NCBI GenBank assembly: GCA_965198065.1
Contig: CBDAON010000004.1
Span: forward strand, 2,016,001-2,080,000
Reading direction: 5' to 3'
Source of the DNA: Longimicrobiales bacterium
Lineage (GTDB): Bacteria; Gemmatimonadota; Gemmatimonadetes; Longimicrobiales; Gaopeijiaceae
Length of the DNA: 64,000 nt
Shown here in pieces: positions 19,605 to 30,052 of this stretch (positions within the stretch are counted from its first letter, which is position 1; every line of letters begins with the position of its first letter). Under the pieces are notes generated by a model. The model did no database searches and had not been told where the DNA came from. It was given only the letters and a program-made list of their open reading frames with translations. Position numbers and translations under genes: made by a program.

Positions 19605-20032
19605 TGCCCGGGGCGATGACGAGAGACACGCGGAGCGTGCGGGTGAGGTGGAGCGGCCACGGAGAGGTCTTCCAAGGGGTGAGGGGCGACGCGCTCCCGA
19701 TCATAATGGATGGTGATTCGGCCGAAGGACCTTCTCCGACCGAGACGCTCCTCATGAGCCTGGCGGCCTGCATGGCCATCGACGTGCAGGAGATTCTCGA
19801 GAAAGGCCGAGTGCCGATCTCCGACCTCGTGGTTGAGGTGGACGGAGATCGAGCGGCGGAGCCCCCTAGGCGATTCACGGCGCTCCGCATTTCCGTCCGG
19901 GTGTCGGGCCCCGACGAGGCGGATCGACCCAAGGTGGAGCGCGCCGCCCGGCTCTCTCACGAGAAGTACTGTAGCGTCTTCCACACGCTCCGGCGCGACT
20001 TGGACGTGCGGCTCACCATCTCTCTCGTCTGA
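19601..20032 (+). CDS. OsmC/YhfA family protein
   Basis: GPSPTETLLMSLAACMAID and LSHEKYCSV cysteine pair. Confidence 0.9.
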   Translation: MMPGAMTRDTRSVRVRWSGHGEVFQGVRGDALPIIMDGDSAEGPSPTETLLMSLAACMAIDVQEILEKGRVPISDLVVEVDGDRAAEPPRRFTALRISVRVSGPDEADRPKVERAARLSHEKYCSVFHTLRRDLDVRLTISLV

Positions 20033-20067
20033 GCCGGACCGCTCCGCCTCCGGACCGCAGCTTCGCG

Positions 20068-21957
20068 ATGATGGGTCCAGCGTTCGCCTCCACCCCCGGT
20101 GAGATCCCTCCCGGAACGATCGTCGAACTCCTGTTCGAGGCCGTGGACCGCTTCGGCGAGCGTCCGGCGCTCCGGGTGAGAACGGGTGCCAGGTGGGAGG
20201 AGATCTCGTACCGAGAGACGCTGGCCCGGGTGGCCGCGGTAGCGTCAGCTCTGAGGGACCTGGGCCTCGAGCGAGGGGCCCGGGCCGCGATCCTCTCGGC
20301 GAACCGCCCGGAGTGGGCGATCGCCGACTATGGGTGCCTTGCCTCCGGGGTCGTCGACATCCCGATCTACCCTTCCCTGACCGCGCCCCAGATCGCCTAC
20401 ATCCTCGGAAACTCGGGCGCGCGCCTCGTCTTCCTCTCTGATTCGCAGCAGCTCCAGAAGGTGGAGCAGATCGCGAAGGAGTGTCCGTCCGTCGAGTGGG
20501 TCGTCGTGTTCGACCCACCTGCGGACCTGGACGAACGGGGCCAGGGCGGGAGCGCGCGCCTCCTTTCCTGGGCGGACTTCGTGGCGCGCGGAAAGGGAGT
20601 CGAAGGGGGCGGTGACTCCAGTGATTTCCGAAAGGAAGCCCTCTCGGCCCGGCCGGACGAGACGGCGACCATCCTCTATACGTCGGGGACGACCGGCGAT
20701 CCGAAAGGGGTCGTTCTCTCGCACGACAACCTGCACTCGAACGTGCGCGCGACCCGGCTCGTCATACCTGTCGACGACACGGACTCCACCCTCTCCTTTT
20801 TGCCGCTCTCACATGTCTTCCAGCGGATGGCGGACTTCCTTCTGTTCAGCCGCGGGTGCCGGATCTCCTATGCGAGGTCGCTCGACACCGTCCCGGAGGA
20901 CCTGAGGGACGTACGGCCGACCGTGGTGGTCTCCGTTCCGCGCGTCTACGAGAAGGTCTACGCCAGGGTGATACATGCCACGGGGCTGAAGGGTGCGCTC
21001 GTTCGATGGGCCCGCAGGATCGGCGAGCGATGGGCCGACGCGCGGCTGTCCGGCCAGAAGCTTGGGACGCTCGCGGCGCTCCAGTATCGGATGGCCGATC
21101 GGCTCGTGTTCGCGAAGATCCGGCGGGGGCTAGGGGGTCGGATCCGTTTCTTCGTGAGCGGCGGGGCGCCGCTCTCTCCGGAGATCAACCGGTTCTTCTT
21201 CTCCGCGGGCATTATGATTCTCGAGGGATACGGGCTCACGGAGACGAGTCCGGTCACGAACGTGAACAGCCCGATCGACCTTCCCGCCAACGTCAGGATC
21301 GGTACGGTGGGCAAGCCCATCCCGGGAACCGAGATTCGGATCGCACCGGACGGGGAGATCCTGGTGCGCGGCCCCCAGGTGATGAAGGGATATCTCGAGA
21401 ACGCCGAGGCGACGAGGGAGGTCATGACGGAGGACGGCTTCTTCCGCACCGGAGACGTTGGGGAGCTCGACCGGGACGGGTTCCTCCGGATCACGGACCG
21501 GAAGAAGGACATCATCGTGACCGCCGGCGGAAAGAACGTCGCACCGCAGCCGCTCGAGAACCGCCTCAGAGCGAACCGATACGTGGATCAGGCCGTGCTC
21601 CTCGGAGATCGGAGGAAGTTCCTCTCGCTCCTGCTCGTCCCGGACTTCGATCACGTCGCCGAATGGGCACGGAGGCGGGGGGTCGCCCCCGGCGACGGGC
21701 GCGAACTTCTCTCCAACGGTGGGGTTCAGAAGTTCTTGGAGAGCGAGGTCGCGCGTGAGCTCGCGGGCGTGTCCCGCGTCGAGCTTCCGAAGAAGATCGT
21801 CCTCGTGGATGAGCCCTTCACGATCGAGAACGAGACGCTCACGCCAAGCCAGAAGGTGAAGCGCAAGGTCGTCGAGGCACGGTACCATGACGTGATCGAG
21901 GCGCTCTACGACGACTCGAACCGCGAGCGGTCCGTCTTCAGGGCCTGGGAGGTTTGA
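20068..21957 (+). CDS. Long-chain fatty acid-CoA ligase (AMP-forming)
   Basis: YTSGTTGDPKG, EGYGLTET, FRTGDVG, ITDRKKDIIVTAGGKNVAP. Confidence 0.92.
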   Translation: MMGPAFASTPGEIPPGTIVELLFEAVDRFGERPALRVRTGARWEEISYRETLARVAAVASALRDLGLERGARAAILSANRPEWAIADYGCLASGVVDIPIYPSLTAPQIAYILGNSGARLVFLSDSQQLQKVEQIAKECPSVEWVVVFDPPADLDERGQGGSARLLSWADFVARGKGVEGGGDSSDFRKEALSARPDETATILYTSGTTGDPKGVVLSHDNLHSNVRATRLVIPVDDTDSTLSFLPLSHVFQRMADFLLFSRGCRISYARSLDTVPEDLRDVRPTVVVSVPRVYEKVYARVIHATGLKGALVRWARRIGERWADARLSGQKLGTLAALQYRMADRLVFAKIRRGLGGRIRFFVSGGAPLSPEINRFFFSAGIMILEGYGLTETSPVTNVNSPIDLPANVRIGTVGKPIPGTEIRIAPDGEILVRGPQVMKGYLENAEATREVMTEDGFFRTGDVGELDRDGFLRITDRKKDIIVTAGGKNVAPQPLENRLRANRYVDQAVLLGDRRKFLSLLLVPDFDHVAEWARRRGVAPGDGRELLSNGGVQKFLESEVARELAGVSRVELPKKIVLVDEPFTIENETLTPSQKVKRKVVEARYHDVIEALYDDSNRERSVFRAWEV

Positions 21958-22334
21958 GTGTGCGCTCACTCGCCGGGGGGGCGGGAGCTCGAGTGACGGG
22001 TGCGTGCGTCGTGCTCGTGACCGCGCCGGACGAGGAGGTGGCGGCAAGGATCTGCCGGGGCCTCGTGGAAGAGGGGCTCGCGGCGTGCGGGACTATCGTG
22101 CCTCGCGTCCGCTCGGTTTACCGGTGGGAGGGTGAGGTTCACGACGAGAGCGAGGCCCTTATCGTGTTGAAGACGGACCGGGCGCGGGTGCCCGAGGTGG
22201 TGCGGCGGGTTCCGGACGTGCATCCGTACGAGATTCCCGAGGTACTCGTGCTCGCCGTGGAGGCGGGGCACGTACCGTACCTGGAGTGGGTGGCCCGCGA
22301 GACGACGGGGCGGACGGAGGGTCGGAGCGGATGA
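21954..22334 (+). CDS. cutA: Divalent-cation tolerance protein CutA
   Basis: LVEEGLAAC, SVYRWEG, HPYEIPEV, YLEWV. Confidence 0.9.
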   Translation: MSVRSLAGGAGARVTGACVVLVTAPDEEVAARICRGLVEEGLAACGTIVPRVRSVYRWEGEVHDESEALIVLKTDRARVPEVVRRVPDVHPYEIPEVLVLAVEAGHVPYLEWVARETTGRTEGRSG

Positions 22335-23212
22335 GTCGCAGGCGGGCGCGCGAGCGGAGAAGGCGGCAGGCCGAGCTCGCCCTCGAGATGGCGGGCCACG
22401 AGGCCACCCACGAGGCGGAAGTGAGCGCGCCGGCGGTCTTCGAGTTCGAGGACCGGGCCGAGGCGGGGGAAGCCCGAGTTGTAGCCTCGTCGAGCGATGC
22501 GGGTTCGCCCGTGGAAGGTTCGTCGGCCGACGAGCCGGTGGGTGCCTTGGGCGCGCCGCTCCCCGACGACGAGGCTTCGGCCCCCCACGGCGAGGCGCCG
22601 AGCAGTGAGGAGCTTCTCGACCAGGCGCGCGCCGCCGCCGGATCCGGAAGGAACGACGCGGCCGTCCGGCTCTACCGGAGGCTGGTGGCTATGGAGCCCC
22701 GGAACTCGACCGTCCGAACGGAGCTCGGCGCGCTCCTGGACCGGGTGGGGCTGCGCGACCTCGCGGTCGAGCACTATCACGCGGCCGTCGAGATCGATCC
22801 GAGTGATCCCGATGCCCTCGCCGGGCTCGGGGCCGCGCTCACGTCGGCTTCGCGTTTCGACGAGGCGGAGGCCCAACTCAGGCGGGCGCATCGCATGGAC
22901 CCGTCGCGAACGGACGTCCGAGCGAGCCTGGGGATCCTCCTCTTCCGCCGCGGCCTCTACCAGCAGGCCGAGTACGAGCTCGAGTGGGTGTGTGCCCAGG
23001 ACCCCGATCACGCCGCGGCGTACTTCTACCGGGGAGAGGCGTTGAACCGCCTCGGTCGAGTGGACGAGGCCCTGGAGGTGCTCGAGCGCGCCCGGGTCCT
23101 CTCGCCCGAGAGCGCCCGGATCTATTACCTCATGGGGATCCTGTACGACCGGAAGCACCTCCGCGAGCGGGCCGTCGCGATGTACCGCCGCGCGAGGGCG
23201 CTGTCTTCGTGA
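22331..23212 (+). CDS. Tetratricopeptide repeat protein with acidic low-complexity N-terminus
   Basis: About six TPR-like repeats, e.g. AYFYRGEALNRLGRVDEALEVLERA. Confidence 0.85.
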   Translation: MSRRRARERRRRQAELALEMAGHEATHEAEVSAPAVFEFEDRAEAGEARVVASSSDAGSPVEGSSADEPVGALGAPLPDDEASAPHGEAPSSEELLDQARAAAGSGRNDAAVRLYRRLVAMEPRNSTVRTELGALLDRVGLRDLAVEHYHAAVEIDPSDPDALAGLGAALTSASRFDEAEAQLRRAHRMDPSRTDVRASLGILLFRRGLYQQAEYELEWVCAQDPDHAAAYFYRGEALNRLGRVDEALEVLERARVLSPESARIYYLMGILYDRKHLRERAVAMYRRARALSS

Positions 23213-23228
23213 AGGAGCGTTCTTCTTA

Positions 23229-23798
23229 GTGATCCGGATCGCGCTGGCGGATCTGGTGAGCCTGGAGGCCGACGCGCTCATCCGCTCGGTGGGTACCGAC
23301 CTCGAGGCGTGCACACCGATCTGCGCCCGGGTCGGGTTCGAAGCCGGCGAGGAGTTGCTCGAACGCGTGCGGCGATCCGGCGAGGTGCCCGTCGGCGGCG
23401 CTATCGTGACTCCCGCCGGGCTGCTGAAGAACAGCTACCTCATCCACGTCGTGCTTCGTTCCGAGGAGGAGCCGATCTCGGAGGACAGCGTGTCGCGGGC
23501 GCTTCGCAACGGGCTCCGGCAGGCCGCCCAGTGGCAGGTGGCCTCGGTGGCGATGCCCCCGCTGGGGATTGGTGCAGGAAATCTGGACGCCGAGGTCTCC
23601 GCTCGCGTGATGTGCTCAGTGCTCCGCGACCACTCCGCGCGCTTCCCGTTCCCCGAGGAGGTCGTGATCGCCGTGGCCAACGCCTACGAGGGGGAGGCCT
23701 TTGCGGGTGAGATCGCCCGGAGCCCGCGCTCCGAGGAGCTTCGGAGCGCTCGCGAGGAGCCGTCCGTCCGGCAGGCGGACTCAAAGGAGCGGCGGTGA
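23229..23798 (+). CDS. Macro domain protein (degenerate)
   Basis: EVPVGGAIVTPAGLLKNSYLIHVV and SVAMPPLGIGAG match the macro fold. Confidence 0.8.
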   Translation: MIRIALADLVSLEADALIRSVGTDLEACTPICARVGFEAGEELLERVRRSGEVPVGGAIVTPAGLLKNSYLIHVVLRSEEEPISEDSVSRALRNGLRQAAQWQVASVAMPPLGIGAGNLDAEVSARVMCSVLRDHSARFPFPEEVVIAVANAYEGEAFAGEIARSPRSEELRSAREEPSVRQADSKERR

Positions 23799-25348
23799 GG
23801 ACGCGTAGCGTCGCCGCGTGGGGCATCCTCGCGATCTGGGTCGGTCTGCTCGGGTGGCATTTCCGGCGGGAGCACTTCCAGCCGGAGCTCGCCCGACTCA
23901 CCGAGGGCATGGCCACGCTCGACCCCGGCACGAACTTCTACGCCCTTCGCATGGGGAGGGAGGTCATCGGGATCTCGTCGTCCCGCCTGGACACGGTGCC
24001 GGAGGGATTTGTCCTCGAGGACGTAATGACCCTCGAGCTCCAGGCGATGGGCCAGCCGGGAGCCGCGGTCGCCCGGACAGAGGTGCTGCTTGGCCCCACG
24101 CTCGACATGACCGACTTCTCGTTCACGCTCGACTCCGAGGCGGGGACGTTTTCGGCCCAGGGCACGATCGAGGGGGACTCGATCATCCTGGTCGAGCTGG
24201 ACACAGGCGGAGGGGTCGAGGAGCTGAGCTTCCGGGTGCAGGAAGCGCCCCTCCTCACCGCTGCTCTCCCGATACGCCTGGCCAAGAGCGGGGAGTTGGC
24301 CGTCGGGAGAACGCTTCGTCTCCTGGTCTTCGACCCGTCGGCGGTGTCGCTCAGAACAGTTGAGATCGAAGTGCTTGAGCAGGGCCTCCTTACGGTTCCT
24401 GACTCGGCGGCGCTCGATCCGGGGACAGGTCGCTGGGTGGCGGTGACTGAGAGCCAGCTCCCAGCATGGAGGGTCCGGGAGAGCTTCGGGGGGATGAGTA
24501 TCGAGAGCTGGATCGACGAGGACGGCCGGGTGATCCAGTCGTCCTCCAACATGGGGTTCTCGATCGAGCGCACGGCGTACGAGCTCGCGCTCCAGGAGCA
24601 GGAAGATACGCGCCGCCTCGCCGGGGGCGGCGCGGTGGCGAGCGACGTCATTTTCTCGACGGCCATCGCCTCGAACCGGCTCATCACTGATCCGACGTCC
24701 GCGTCCGAGCTTCGCTTCGTGCTCTCGGGGATGGACCTCCAGGGCTTCCACCTGGACGGAGGTCGCCAGGAGCTCCGGGGCGATACGCTCATCGTTCGGC
24801 GCGAGGACTGGAACGTCGTGGCCGCCGACTACGGGCTGCCCTATCCGCGCATGGATCTGAGGGAGGCGCTCGAGCCGGAGCCCCTCATCCAGAGCGGAGA
24901 CCCACGGATCCAGGAAGTCGCGCGCTACATCGCCCGCACCGGGTTCCGGGGACAGGGGAATCCGAGAACTGTTGCGCGGCGTCTCACGGACGGGGTGTAC
25001 GAGCTCCTGGACAAGGAGGTCTCGTTCTCGATCCCGTCGGCGACCCAGGTGCTCCGAACGCTCGGCGGGGACTGCAACGAGCACACGGTCCTCTACGTAG
25101 CGCTCGCTCGGGCCGTGGGCCTTCCGGCCCGGGTGGCGGTGGGGCTCGTCTACCTGGAGGGAGCGTTCTACTACCACGCGTGGCCGGAAGTCTGGCTGGA
25201 CGAGTGGGTCGCCGTGGATCCGACCTTTGGACAGGTGCCGGCGGACGCCGCGCACCTGAGGTTCATCACCGGGGGCTTCGCTCAGCAACTCGAGGTGGCG
25301 CGGCTCATCGGGGCCCTGCGCATCGAGGTCCTCGATGCGGGAGCTTGA
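23795..25348 (+). CDS. Membrane-anchored transglutaminase-like domain protein
   Basis: N-terminal TM segment; GDCNEH, YHAWPEV, VDPT Cys-His-Asp triad. Confidence 0.88.
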   Translation: MRTRSVAAWGILAIWVGLLGWHFRREHFQPELARLTEGMATLDPGTNFYALRMGREVIGISSSRLDTVPEGFVLEDVMTLELQAMGQPGAAVARTEVLLGPTLDMTDFSFTLDSEAGTFSAQGTIEGDSIILVELDTGGGVEELSFRVQEAPLLTAALPIRLAKSGELAVGRTLRLLVFDPSAVSLRTVEIEVLEQGLLTVPDSAALDPGTGRWVAVTESQLPAWRVRESFGGMSIESWIDEDGRVIQSSSNMGFSIERTAYELALQEQEDTRRLAGGGAVASDVIFSTAIASNRLITDPTSASELRFVLSGMDLQGFHLDGGRQELRGDTLIVRREDWNVVAADYGLPYPRMDLREALEPEPLIQSGDPRIQEVARYIARTGFRGQGNPRTVARRLTDGVYELLDKEVSFSIPSATQVLRTLGGDCNEHTVLYVALARAVGLPARVAVGLVYLEGAFYYHAWPEVWLDEWVAVDPTFGQVPADAAHLRFITGGFAQQLEVARLIGALRIEVLDAGA

Positions 25349-26233
25349 GCGCCAAGATGAGCGCGAGACCGACCCCGCCGTAGCGCCTAACCGGCTCGAG
25401 AGCGGCGCGGTTCTCGGGCGTCCGGCTCGAGCCGACGGCGCGTCGCCTCCTCCCGCGGCGATCCTCGACATCCAAGGCCTCGTCAAACGGTACGGCAACT
25501 TCGCGGCGGTCAAGGGAATCGACCTGACCGTGCGGCCGGGGGAGATCTTCGGTTTCCTGGGACCGAACGGCGCCGGCAAGACCACGACGATCCGGATGGT
25601 GGCCGGCGTCCTCAAGCCGTCAGAGGGAACGATCCGCATCGGGGGCGAGGATCTCGCCCTGAGTCCCCAGCGGGTGAAACGGAGGATCGGGTACGTTCCC
25701 GATCGTCCCTTCCTGTATGAGAAGCTCTCAGGGGGGGAATTCCTCCGCTTCGTGGCCGGCCTCTGGGGATTGGACGGAAAGGGGGTGGAGGAGCGGGCCC
25801 GGGGCTTTCTCCGGCTGTTCTCCCTGGAGGACTGGGAGGACGAGCTCATCGAGAGCTACTCGCACGGCATGCGCCAGAAGCTCCTCATTTCCTCGGCCTT
25901 CCTTCATGATCCGGAGCTCTTCGTGGTTGACGAGCCCATGGTGGGGCTCGATCCCAAGTCGGCGCGGATCCTGAAGGACCTGCTCCGTACCTTCGTGGAC
26001 CGACGGGGCGCGGTGTTCCTCTCCACCCACACCCTCGAGGTCGCCGAGGCCGTCTGCGACCGGATCGCGATCATCTCGAACGGCGAGATCATCGCTCTCT
26101 GAGCACCATGGACGAGCTCCGCGCGCAGGCCGATGCGGGCGGAGCCCACTTGGAGGAAATCTTCCTCAAGGTGACCGGGGGGGACGAGGTCGGTGAGCTC
26201 GCGCGTAGTCTCCGGGGAGTCCTGAACGCGTGA
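25335..26233 (+). CDS. ABC transporter ATP-binding protein (frameshift near 26100)
   Basis: GPNGAGKTT, YSHGMRQK, DEPMVGLDP; C-terminus MDELRAQ...LEEIFLKVTG continues in another frame to TGA at 26233. Confidence 0.88.
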
Positions 26234-27938
26234 CCCCGCACTCGGCAGGCACCCTGTCCATGCTCCGCGTGAAGCTTGCGGGAAAGCTGAACCGTGCCCG
26301 CCAGGGAGAGCGGCCGCTGGGAAAGGCCCTGATCCTCGGGGGGGCCGCCCTCTTCTTCTGGATGCTGATCTTCGCGGCGATTTACCGGATGCTCATCTAC
26401 TTCCGGGCTGCGGAGGGGATCGGGGACCTGCTCGCCGCGAAGCTCCTGGGGATCGCGCTGCTCACGTTTCTCATGATCCTGCTCCTGTCGAACGTGATTG
26501 CCGCCCTCTCGACTTTCTTCCTGGCGAAGGACCTGGAGCTCCTGGTGGCGGCTCCCGTGGACCCGATTCACCTATATTGGGCCCGCCTCGTCGAGACCGG
26601 TGTGAACTCATCCTGGATGGTCGTCCTCATGGTGGTGCCCCTCTTCGCGGCGTACGGCGTCATGTATGGGGCGGGGTGGGCGTTCTATCTGCTCGGGGCC
26701 GTCGTGCTCCTGGCGCTCCTAGTGCTTCCCGTCGTGGTGGGAACGGGGGTGACCCTCCTGCTCGTGAACGTCTTCCCGGCGCGGCGCGCCCGGGACGCGC
26801 TCACGCTCGTCGGCCTGCTTGCCGCGGCCGGCGTCGTACTCGTGCTACGGCTCGTTCGCCCCGAACGTCTCATCCGCCCGGAGGAGTTCCGCAGCGTCGT
26901 GGACTTCATGGCCACCCTCAGGACCCCGACCTCCGTCTGGCTTCCGTCCGAATGGGGTGCGACCGCGCTCGTGGGGTGGCTGAACGGCGTGTTCGACCCG
27001 TTCTACCTGCTCCTTCTCTTGAGCACGGCCGCGGCGTTCCTCGTGTTCGGTGGGTGGCTTCACGCCCGCTACTACCACCAGGGGTTCTCGAGGGCGCAGG
27101 AAGGGGCGGAGCGAAGGGAGGGGCGGGTGCGCTTCCGCGGGTGGGACCGCTTGCTCTCCGGGATGGACGTGACCACCCGCGGATCTCCTTCGCCACCAGC
27201 TCGCGCGTCTTCTTCCGGGACGCCACCCAGTGGTCACAGCTCATTCTCCTGGGCGTTCTCGTGGCCGTGTACGTCTACAACAACATTCGGGTGCTCCCGG
27301 CGTCCACGAACGAGGGTATCTCGTTCTTTCTCGTGAACCTGATCGCGTTCCTGAACCTGGGCCTGGCGGGCTTCGTGGTGGCCTCGATCGCGGCGCGCTT
27401 CGTCTTCCCCGCCATGTCACTCGAGGGGCGGATGACCTGGCTGCTCCGTTCCTCTCCACTCGACTCCCGCCGACTGTTCTGGGTGAAGTACTGGGTCGGT
27501 ACCGTTCCCCTCCTGCTCGTTGCGCTGCCGCTCATCCTGATCACCAACCTTCTCCTGAACGTCTCGACGTTCCTCCTCGTGGTCTCGACCGTGACCATGA
27601 TAGGGGTGACTCTCGCGTGCGCCGCCCTCGCCCTGGCGTTCGGAGCTCTGTACCCGAATTACGAGACCGACAACCCCGCCGAGATTCCGACGTCCTTCGG
27701 GGGGCTCGTGTTCATGATGACCGCCGTCGTGTACCTGGCCGCCGTGATCGTGGCGGAGGCGTGGCCGATCTACCTGTTCCTCTTTGCCCGCTTCCAGGGC
27801 TTGCCGCCCGGAGAGGCTGGGCTCGGCCCGGTGATCGTCGGCTTTGGAGGGGCCGGCCTCCTCACCGTCGCCGCCATCGCGTTCTCGCTTCGAGCCGGCG
27901 TGGCCAGGATCCGCGACGGAGAGGTGATCGCGGGATAG
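26230..27938 (+). CDS. Multi-pass ABC transporter permease (frameshift near 27180)
   Basis: Two hydrophobic ORFs join: LSTFFLAKDLELL in the first half, FFRDATQWSQL and RFVFPAMSLEG in the second. Confidence 0.8.
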
Positions 27939-28029
27939 GGCGCTTGACGAACCGCCGACCTCGACACGACCAGATCCGGCCGGCATATTGCGGAAGGCCG
28001 CGGTCCTTCACCTGTCGATCGAGACGAGC

Positions 28030-28170
28030 ATGCTCCCGGGCGGATACGACTTCATCCATCTCGTCTTCTGGACCGTCGTTTCCCTGGTCGCTGTGGGGAC
28101 GAACCTGCTTCCCGTCGCCCTGAGCCTGGGGATCGGGATCCTGCTCCTGGAAACGATCAGGAACGGTTGA
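28030..28170 (+). CDS. Small hydrophobic protein (46 aa)
   Basis: ATG at 28030, hydrophobic throughout. Confidence 0.35.
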   Translation: MLPGGYDFIHLVFWTVVSLVAVGTNLLPVALSLGIGILLLETIRNG

Positions 28171-28188
28171 ATCGCGGCCGGTCGCCCC

Positions 28189-28425
28189 ATGACGTTTCTC
28201 GTCGGTCTCTCCTTCGTCATGGCTCTCCTCCTCGGGCTCTGGCTCGGGCGTGCCAGGCCCTACGACCAGTCGCCCGAGGAGATCGAACGCAGGCTCTCCG
28301 AGGTGGACGGTACGCACCGCAAGGTCAAACGGCACCTAATCTTCCTGGATTTGCTTCACCGAGTGAGTGAGAAGGCGTCGGATCGCCGATTCAGGGACCG
28401 GCGGCGCCCGTTCAAGTGGGGCTGA
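28189..28425 (+). CDS. Small single-TM protein
   Basis: N-terminal TM helix followed by a charged tail. Confidence 0.5.
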   Translation: MTFLVGLSFVMALLLGLWLGRARPYDQSPEEIERRLSEVDGTHRKVKRHLIFLDLLHRVSEKASDRRFRDRRRPFKWG

Positions 28426-28479
28426 GGGCCCGGCGGAACGCAGCTTCCGCCCCGGGGAGCCCGAGGCGCGGTACGCGCT

Positions 28480-30048
28480 TCAAGGAATGAGCGCCTCCAT
28501 CAGGACGAGCACCACCCCGATCGCTCCGCCCAGCACGTACCCCAGCCGGACGATGAGCCTCAGCTCCCTGTCGGTGACCCGACGCACGAGCTCCTCCATC
28601 TTGGCCGTCGGGTAGCCTCGCACCTTCTCCTCGACGCGGCGCCCGACGTCCAAAATCTGTACCACGTGGGCGCTCTGACCCTGGAGCCACCCCCAGAGGG
28701 GCTCGGACAGGGCGGCCTGAACCCGCCCCAGGGCCCCCTCCGGGAGCATGTCCGCGGGCCTTCCCACCGGCCGGTCGAGCACGCTCGCCACGGAGGTGCC
28801 CAGCACCTCCCGGTACGCTCGCCGCGCGGGCTCGCTCCGGGCCGCGAGGACGACGACCTCGGTGACACGGTCCGGCGACACCTCGTCCAATAGCTGGCCC
28901 CACGTGCCCTCGGCGGCCTTCCCCATTGCCTGCCCCAGCTTCTCGACGATGAACTCGCGCGTGGCCTGGTCCCGCGCCATCGTGACCACCCAACCGGCGA
29001 CCGTATCCCGCGCGCGAAGCACGCTCTCGTCCCCGTGCCGTCCCAGAACCGCCGTCACGGGTCGGTGAAGGAAATCGGTGACGGCCTCGTTCACCCGGCG
29101 GGCCGTCGCATCCTGCACCGCCGGATCCCGGAGCATAACCGAGAGATGCTCGGCCCCCTCCTCCTCGATCGTGGCGAGGACGCGGTCCAGCGCCTCCTCG
29201 GTGACGACGAGCCGGGCCACCACGCGCTGGTGGAAGCGAAGGTCACGGAGGAACCGTTGGAAGATCTCTTGCATGGCTCGCTGGAGGCGCTGCCGGGCGC
29301 CCGGATCCTCCAGGATGCCGCCTAGCCTCTGCACGGCGATTGGCAGGTAGTCAGACAGCGCCCGCTCGAGCGAGCCCGAGAGGCCCGCGGGCAGCACGTC
29401 GGCGAAGGTGCGGTCGTCTCGGAGAAAGCCGGCGAACACACGGTCGACGTACGCCTCGACTGCCTGCTCGAACCCCTCGCGCTCGACCGCATGTGCGATC
29501 CAGCGATCTACGAAGCCCGAAATGGCCTGGCTGTGGCTCTCGGTCAGGACCTCCGCGACGGGCCGGTCGGAGACGTGGGCCATCCATTCCCGGACGCGCG
29601 CGTTCACGGCCCGCTCGAGTCCGTCGGAGTCCACCCAGCGATCCAGCCGCTCGATCAGGTGCTCCCCGATCTCGTGGAGGAGGGCCTCGGCCTGGGCCAC
29701 GAGGTCCGGGCCCAGGATCTGCTTTAGGGGACCGCGCTCCCGCTCCAGGACCTCTCGGAGAAACGCCTCGAGGCGCTCGTCGAACGCCGATCGGAACTCC
29801 TGGTCGGAGAGGATTGTGGTCAGATCGTCCCGGGTCAGGAGCCGGTCCCCGACCGTTCGTCCCACGGCCGCCGCGAGCCGCTCCTGGTTCTTGGGGATGG
29901 CGCCGTGGAGGAACGCGAGCCGCAGCCGCCCGAGCCGCGGCGGCACGTACGGGTGAAAAAGCATCCACACGGCAACGGAATTCGTTAGCCCGCCAGCCAG
30001 GGCGCCGAACATGATCGTGACCAGCGCGCGGACGAGCTCGGGGTTCAC
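28480..30048 (-). CDS. DUF445 family protein
   Basis: GGLTNSVAVWMLFHPY, GAIPKNQERLA, ELRLIVRLGYVLGGAIG. Confidence 0.88.
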   Translation of the reverse strand: MNPELVRALVTIMFGALAGGLTNSVAVWMLFHPYVPPRLGRLRLAFLHGAIPKNQERLAAAVGRTVGDRLLTRDDLTTILSDQEFRSAFDERLEAFLREVLERERGPLKQILGPDLVAQAEALLHEIGEHLIERLDRWVDSDGLERAVNARVREWMAHVSDRPVAEVLTESHSQAISGFVDRWIAHAVEREGFEQAVEAYVDRVFAGFLRDDRTFADVLPAGLSGSLERALSDYLPIAVQRLGGILEDPGARQRLQRAMQEIFQRFLRDLRFHQRVVARLVVTEEALDRVLATIEEEGAEHLSVMLRDPAVQDATARRVNEAVTDFLHRPVTAVLGRHGDESVLRARDTVAGWVVTMARDQATREFIVEKLGQAMGKAAEGTWGQLLDEVSPDRVTEVVVLAARSEPARRAYREVLGTSVASVLDRPVGRPADMLPEGALGRVQAALSEPLWGWLQGQSAHVVQILDVGRRVEEKVRGYPTAKMEELVRRVTDRELRLIVRLGYVLGGAIGVVLVLMEALIP

Positions 30049-30052
30049 GCCG

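Noticed and set aside
23684..25849. 721-aa minus-strand ORF
   Set aside because: Antisense shadow of the transglutaminase and ABC genes; no motifs, typical of high-GC DNA
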